Positions 58,201 through 64,000 of a stretch of 64,000 nucleotides of DNA are shown one piece after another. Position 1 is the stretch's first letter, and each line of letters begins with the position of its first letter. Source of the stretch: the human T2T-CHM13v2.0 reference genome, Homo sapiens. The notes under the pieces are model-generated. The model worked only from the letters and a program-made list of their open reading frames with translations, did no database searches and was not told the DNA's origin. The translations under genes and the position numbers were made by a program. Where the stretch lies: the NCBI RefSeq assembly GCF_009914755.1, contig NC_060947.1; one strand, 5' to 3'.

Positions 58201-61200
58201 AGTGGTCCAAATATCCACTTGCAGATTCTACACAAAGAGTGTTTCGAACCTGAACTCTCAAAGGCAGGTTCATCTCTGCGAGTTCAATGCATTCATCATG
58301 AAGAACTTTCTCAGCGTGTTTGTGTTTAGTTATGGGAAATTATTCCCGTTTCCAACGAAATCCTCAGAGAGGTCCAAATATCCACCTGCAGATTCTACCA
58401 AAAGTGTATTTGGAAACTGCTCCATGAAAAGGCATGTTCAGCTCTGTAAGTGAAACTCCATCATCACAAAGAATATTCTGAGAATGCTTCCGTTTGCCTT
58501 TTATGTGAAGTTCCTTCCTATACTACCGTAGGCCTCAAAGCAGTCCAAATCTCCATTTGCAGATTCTACAAAAAGAGTGATTCCAATCTGCTCTATCAAT
58601 AGGATTGTTCAACTCCATGAGTTGAATGCCATCCTCACAAAGTCGTTTCTGAGAATGCTTCTATCTAGTTTTTATGTGAAGATATTTCCTTTTCCACCAC
58701 AGGCCTCAAAGCCCTCCAAACGTCCACTTGCAGATTCTCGAAAAAGAGTGTTTCATAGCTGCTCTTTCAAAAGGAAAGTTCAACTCTGGGAGTTGAATAC
58801 AAACATCACAAAGTAGTTTCCGAGAATGCTTCTGTTTAGTTCTTCTGTGAAGATGATCCCGTTTCCAGTGAAATCTTCAAAGAGGTCCACATATCCCCTT
58901 GCAGATTCCAAAGAAAGAGGGTTTCAAAACTGCTCCATCAAAAGGATTGTTCAACTCTGTGAGTTGAATGCAGTCATCCCAGAAAACTTTCTGAGAATGC
59001 TTCTGTCTAGGTTTGATGTGAAGATATAGACGTTTCAAACGAAGGCTACAAAGTGTTAAAAATATACACTTGCAGATTCTACTACAAGGGTGATGCAAAC
59101 CTGAACTATCAAAGGAAGGTTCAACTCTGTGAGTTGAATACAAACATCACAAAGAATGTTCTGAGTTTGCTTCCGTTCAGTTATGGGAAGTTGATCCCGT
59201 TTCCAACGAAATCCTCAGAGAGGTCCAAATATCCCCTTGCAGATTCTACAAAACGTGTGTTTGGAAACTGCTCCATCATAACGAATGTTCAGCTCTCTGA
59301 GTTAAACTCCATCGTCACAAAGAATTTTCTGAGAGTGCTACCGTCTAGTTTTTATATGAAGTTCTTTCCTTTACTACCACAGGCCTCAAAGCGGTCCAAA
59401 TCTCCACTTGCAGATTCTACAAAAAGAGTGTTTGCAAACTGCTCTATCAAAAGGAATGTTCAACTCTGGGAGTTGAATGCAATCATCACAGAGCAGTTTC
59501 TGAGAATGCTTCTATGTGGTTTTTAGGAGAAGATATTTCCTTTTCCAACACAGTCCTCCAAGCCCGCTAAATACCAACTTGCACATTGTAGAAAAAGTGT
59601 GTCGAAGCTGCGCTATCAAAGGGAAAGTTCAACTCTGTGAGGTGAATGCAAACATCCCAAAGAAGTTTCTGAGAATGCTTCCGTTGAGCTTTTCGGTGAA
59701 GATTATCCCGTTTCCAACGAAATCTTCAAAGAGGTCCAAATATCCCCTTGCGGATCCCACAGAAAGTGTGTTTAGAAACTGCTGTTTCAAAAGGAATCTT
59801 CAACTCTGTGAGTTGAATGCAATCATCACAAAGAAGTTTCTGACAATGCTTCTCTCTCGTCTTTCTGTGAAGATAAAGGAAAAGGCTTTCAGGCCTTTTC
59901 CACCACAGGCCTGAAAGCGCTCCAAATGTCCACTTGCAGATTCTGCCAAAAGAATATTTCAAAACTGCTCTATGAAAAGCAATGTTAAACTCTGTGGCTC
60001 GAACACAAACATCACAAAGCAGTTTCTGAGAATGCTTCAGTTTAGTTTTCTGTGGAAATATTCCCGTTTCCAAAGAAATCTTCAAAGAGGTCCACGCATC
60101 CACTTACAGATTCTACAAAAAGACAGTTTCAAAACTGCTCAATCAAAAGGAGGGTTCAACTGTGTGACTTGAATGCAATCATCACTCAGAAGTTTCTGAG
60201 AACGCTTCTCTTTAGTTTTTACGTGAACATATACCCGTTTCGAACGAAGGCCACACAGTGGTCCAAATATCCACTTGCAGATTCTACAGAAAGAGTGTTT
60301 CGAACCTGAACTCTCAAAGGCAGGTTCATCTCTCCGAGTTCAATGCATTCATCATGAAGAACTTTCTCAGCGTGTTTGTGTTTAGTTATGGGAAATTATT
60401 CCCATTTCCAACGAAATCCTCAGAGAGGTCCAAATATCCACCTGCAGATTCTACCAAAAGTGTATTTGGAAACTGCTCCATGAAAAGGCATGTTCAGCTC
60501 TGTGAGTGAAACTCCATCATCACAAAGAATATTCTGAGAATGCTTCCGTTTGCCTTTTATATGAAGTTCCTTCCTATACTACTGTAGGCCTCAAAGCATT
60601 CCAAATCTCCATTTGCAGATTCTACAAAAAGAGTGATTCCAATGTGCTCTATCAATAGGATTGTTCAACTCCATGAGTTGAATGCCATCCTCACAAAGTC
60701 GTTTCTGAGAATGCTTCTATCTAGTTTTTATGTGAAGATATTTCCTTTTCCACCACAGGCCTCAAAGCCCTCCAAACGTCCACTTGCAGATTCTCGAAAA
60801 AGAGTGTTTCATAGCTGCTCTTTCAAAAGGAAAATTCAACTCTGGGAGGTGAATACAAACATCACAAAGTAGTTTCCGAGAATGCTTCTGTTTAGTTCTT
60901 ATGTGAAGATGATCCCGTTTCCAGTGAAATCTTCAAAGAGGTCCACATATCCCCTTGCAGATTCCAAAGAAAGAGGGTTTCAAAACTGCTCCATCAAAAG
61001 GATTGTTCAACTCTGTGAGTTGAATGCAGTCATCGCAGAAAACTTTCTGAGAATGCTTCTGTCTAAGTTTGAGGTGAAGATATAGACGTTTCAAACGAAG
61101 GCTACAAAGTGTTCAAAATATACACTTGCAGATTCTACTACAAGGGTGATGCAAACCTGAACTATCAAAGGAAGGTTCAACTCTGTGAGTTGAATACAAA

Positions 61201-64000
61201 CATCACAAAGAATGTTCTGAGTTTGCTTCCGTTCAGTTATGGGAAGTTGATCCCGTTTCCAACGAAATCCTCAGAGAGGTCCAAATATCCCCTTGCAGAT
61301 TCTACAAAACGTGTGTTTGGAAACTGCTCCATCATAACGAATGTTCAGCTCTCTGAGTTAAACTCCATCGTCACAAAGAATTTTCTGAGAGTGCTACCGT
61401 CTAGTTTTTATATGAAGTTGTTTCCTTTACTACCACAGGCCTCAAAGCGGTCCAAATCTCCACTTGCAGATTCTACAAAAAGAGTGTTTGCAAACTGCTC
61501 TATCAAAAGGAATGTTCAACTCTGGGAGTTGAATGCAATCATCACAGAGCAGTTTCTGAGAATGCTTCTATGTCGTTTTTAGGAGAAGACATTTCCTTTT
61601 CCAACACAGTCCTCCAAGCCCGCTAAATATCCACTTGCACATTGTAGAAAAAGTGTGTCGAAGCTGCGCTATCAAAGGGAAAGTTCAACTCTGTGAGGTG
61701 AATGCAAACATCCCAAAGAAGTTTCTGAGAATGCTTCCGTTTAGCTTTTAGGTGAAGATTATCCCGTTTCCAACGAAATCTTCAAAGAGGTCCAAATATC
61801 CCCTTGCGGATCCCACAGAAAGAGTGTTTCGAAACTGCTGTTTCAAAAGGAATCTTCAACTCTGTGAGTTGAATGCAATCATCACAAAGAAGTTTCTGAC
61901 AATGCTTCTCTCTCGTCTTTCTGTGAAGATAAAGGAAAAGGCTTTCAGGCCTTTTCCACCACAGGCCTGAAAGCGCTCCAAATGTCCACTTGCAGATTCT
62001 GCCAAAAGAATAGTTCAAAACTGCTCTATGAAAAGCAATGTTAAACTCTGTGGCTCGAACACAAACATCACAAAGCAGTTTCTGAGAATGCTTCAGTTTA
62101 GTTTTTCTGTGGAAATATTCCCGTTTCCAAAGAAATCTTCAAAGAGGTCCACGCATCCACTTACAGATTCTACAAAAAGACAGTTTCAAAACTGCTCAAT
62201 CAAAAGGAGGGTTCAACTGTGTGACTTGAATGCAATCATCACTCAGAAGTTTCTGAGAACGCTTCTCTTTAGTTTTTACGTGAACATATACCCGTTTCGA
62301 ACGAAGGCCAGCCAGTGGTCCAAATATCCACTTGCAGATTCTACAGAAAGAGTGTTTCGAACCTGAACTCTCAGAGGCAGGTTCATCTCTGCGAGTTCAA
62401 TGCATTCATCATGAAGAACTTTCTCAGCGTGTTTGTGTTTAGTTATGGGAAATTATTCCCGTTTCCAACGAAATCCTCAGAGAGGTCCAAATATCCACCT
62501 GCAGATTCTACCAAAAGTGTATTTGGAAACTGCTCTATCAAAAGGCATGTTCAGCTCTGTGAGTGAAACTCCATCATCACAAAGAATATTCTGAGAATGC
62601 TTCCGTTTGCCTTTTATATGAAGTTCCTTCCTATACTACCGTAGGCCTCAAAGCAGTCCAAATCTCCATTTGCAGATTCTACAAAAAGAGTGATTCCAAT
62701 GTGCTCTATCAATAGGATTGTTCAACTCCATGAGTTGAATGCCATCCTCACAAAGTCGTTTCTGAGAATGCTTCTATCTAGTTTTTATGTGAAGATATTT
62801 CCTTTTCCACCACAGGCCTCAAAGCCCTCCAAACGTCCACTTGCAGATTCTCGAAAAAGAGTGTTTCATAGCTGCTCTTTCAAAAGGAAAGTTCAACTCT
62901 GGGAGTTGAATACAAACATCACAAAGTAGTTTCCGAGAATGCTTCTGTTTAGTTCTTATGTGAAGATGATCCCGTTTCCAGTGAAATCTTCAAAGAGGTC
63001 CACATATCCCCTTGCAGATTCCAAAGAAAGAGGGTTTCAAAACTGCTCCATCAAAAGGATTGTTCAACTCTGTGAGTTGAATGCAGTCATCGCAGAAAAC
63101 TTTCTGAGAATGCTTCTGTCTAGGTTTGAGGTGAAGATATAGACGTTTCAAACGAAGGCTACAAAGTGGTCAAAATATACACTTGCAGATTCTACTACAA
63201 GGGTGATGCAAACCTGAACTATCAAAGAAGGTTCAACTCTGTGAGTTGAATACAAACATCACAAAGAATGTTCTGAGTTTGCTTCCGTTCAGTTATGGGA
63301 AGTTGATCCCGTTTCCAACGAAATCATCAGAGAGGTCCAAATATCCCCTTGCAGATTCTACAAAACGTGTGTTTGGAAACTGCTCCATCATAACGAATGT
63401 TCAGCTCTCTGAGTTAAACTCCATCGTCACAAAGAATTTTCTGAGAGTGCTACCGTCTAGTTTTTATATGAAGTTCTTTCCTTTACTACCACAGGCCTCA
63501 AAGCGGTCCAAATCTCCACTTGCAGATTCTACAAAAAGAGTGTTTGCAAACTGCTCTATCAAAAGGAATGTTCAACTCTGGGAGTTGAATGCAATCATCA
63601 CAGAGCAGTTTCTGAGAATGCTTCTATGTCGTTTTTAGGAGAAGATATTTCCTTTTCCAACACAGTCCTCCAAGCCCGCTACATATCCACTTGCACATTA
63701 TAGAAAAAGTGTGTCGAAGCTGCGCTATCAAAGGGAAAGTTCAACTCTGTGAGGTGAATGCAAACATCCCAAAGAAGTTTCTGAGAATGCTTCCGTTTTG
63801 CTTTTAAGTGAAGATTATCCCGTTGGCAACGAAATCTTCAAAGAGGTCCAAATATCCCCTTGCGGATCCCACAGAAAGAGTGTTTCGAAACTGCTGTTTC
63901 AAAAGGAATCTTCAACTCTGTGAGTTGAATGCAATCATCACAAAGAAGTTTCTGACAATGCTTCTCTCTCGTCTTTCTGTGAAGATAAAGGAAAAGGCTT

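Larger units (their letters stand above)
40501..64000 (-). repeat. DXZ1: DXZ1 higher-order alpha-satellite array, 12-monomer 2057-bp unit (SF3), ~11.4 copies, continuing past the window end
   Basis: There is one BamHI site per unit: 41239, 43296, ... 53581, ... 61808, 63864. The period is 2057 bp, or 2056 where a 1-bp deletion occurs. The ORF track repeats with the same period and the copies are nearly identical. A 2057-bp BamHI 12-mer is the established human X centromere HOR. Confidence 0.96.

Noticed and set aside
40501-64000. Regular repeat array resembling a CRISPR-like or novel array
   Set aside because: There are no unique spacers and no cas genes; it is contiguous tandem DXZ1 satellite.

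Overview
Primate, almost certainly human, X-chromosome pericentromere-to-centromere transition. It contains no host protein-coding or RNA genes, and I found no new gene-based system. 1-10424 and 17716-~20600: divergent monomeric, A/pJalpha-type alpha satellite (+ strand). 10425-17715: a dead, full-length L1PA3-like LINE-1 with an internal inverted duplication, an ~820-bp 3' transduction and no target-site duplication; it may be a chimera of two L1s. ~20600-32355: irregular A/B (SF5-like) alpha satellite with decayed CENP-B boxes and a decayed 16/13-monomer tandem duplication. 32355/32356: a sharp strand inversion with fold-back geometry. ~33950-40500: divergent SF3/DXZ1-like repeats, including a 17-mer unit. 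~40500-64000: the homogeneous 2057-bp, 12-monomer DXZ1 higher-order repeat (HOR; - strand) with 4 intact CENP-B boxes per unit. All ORFs outside the L1 are satellite artefacts. The most interesting signals are structural: the composite L1, the pair of mutually exclusive hairpins made by a templated insertion in one DXZ1 monomer, and the layered evolutionary record at the array edge. Coordinates and mismatch counts were read by eye.
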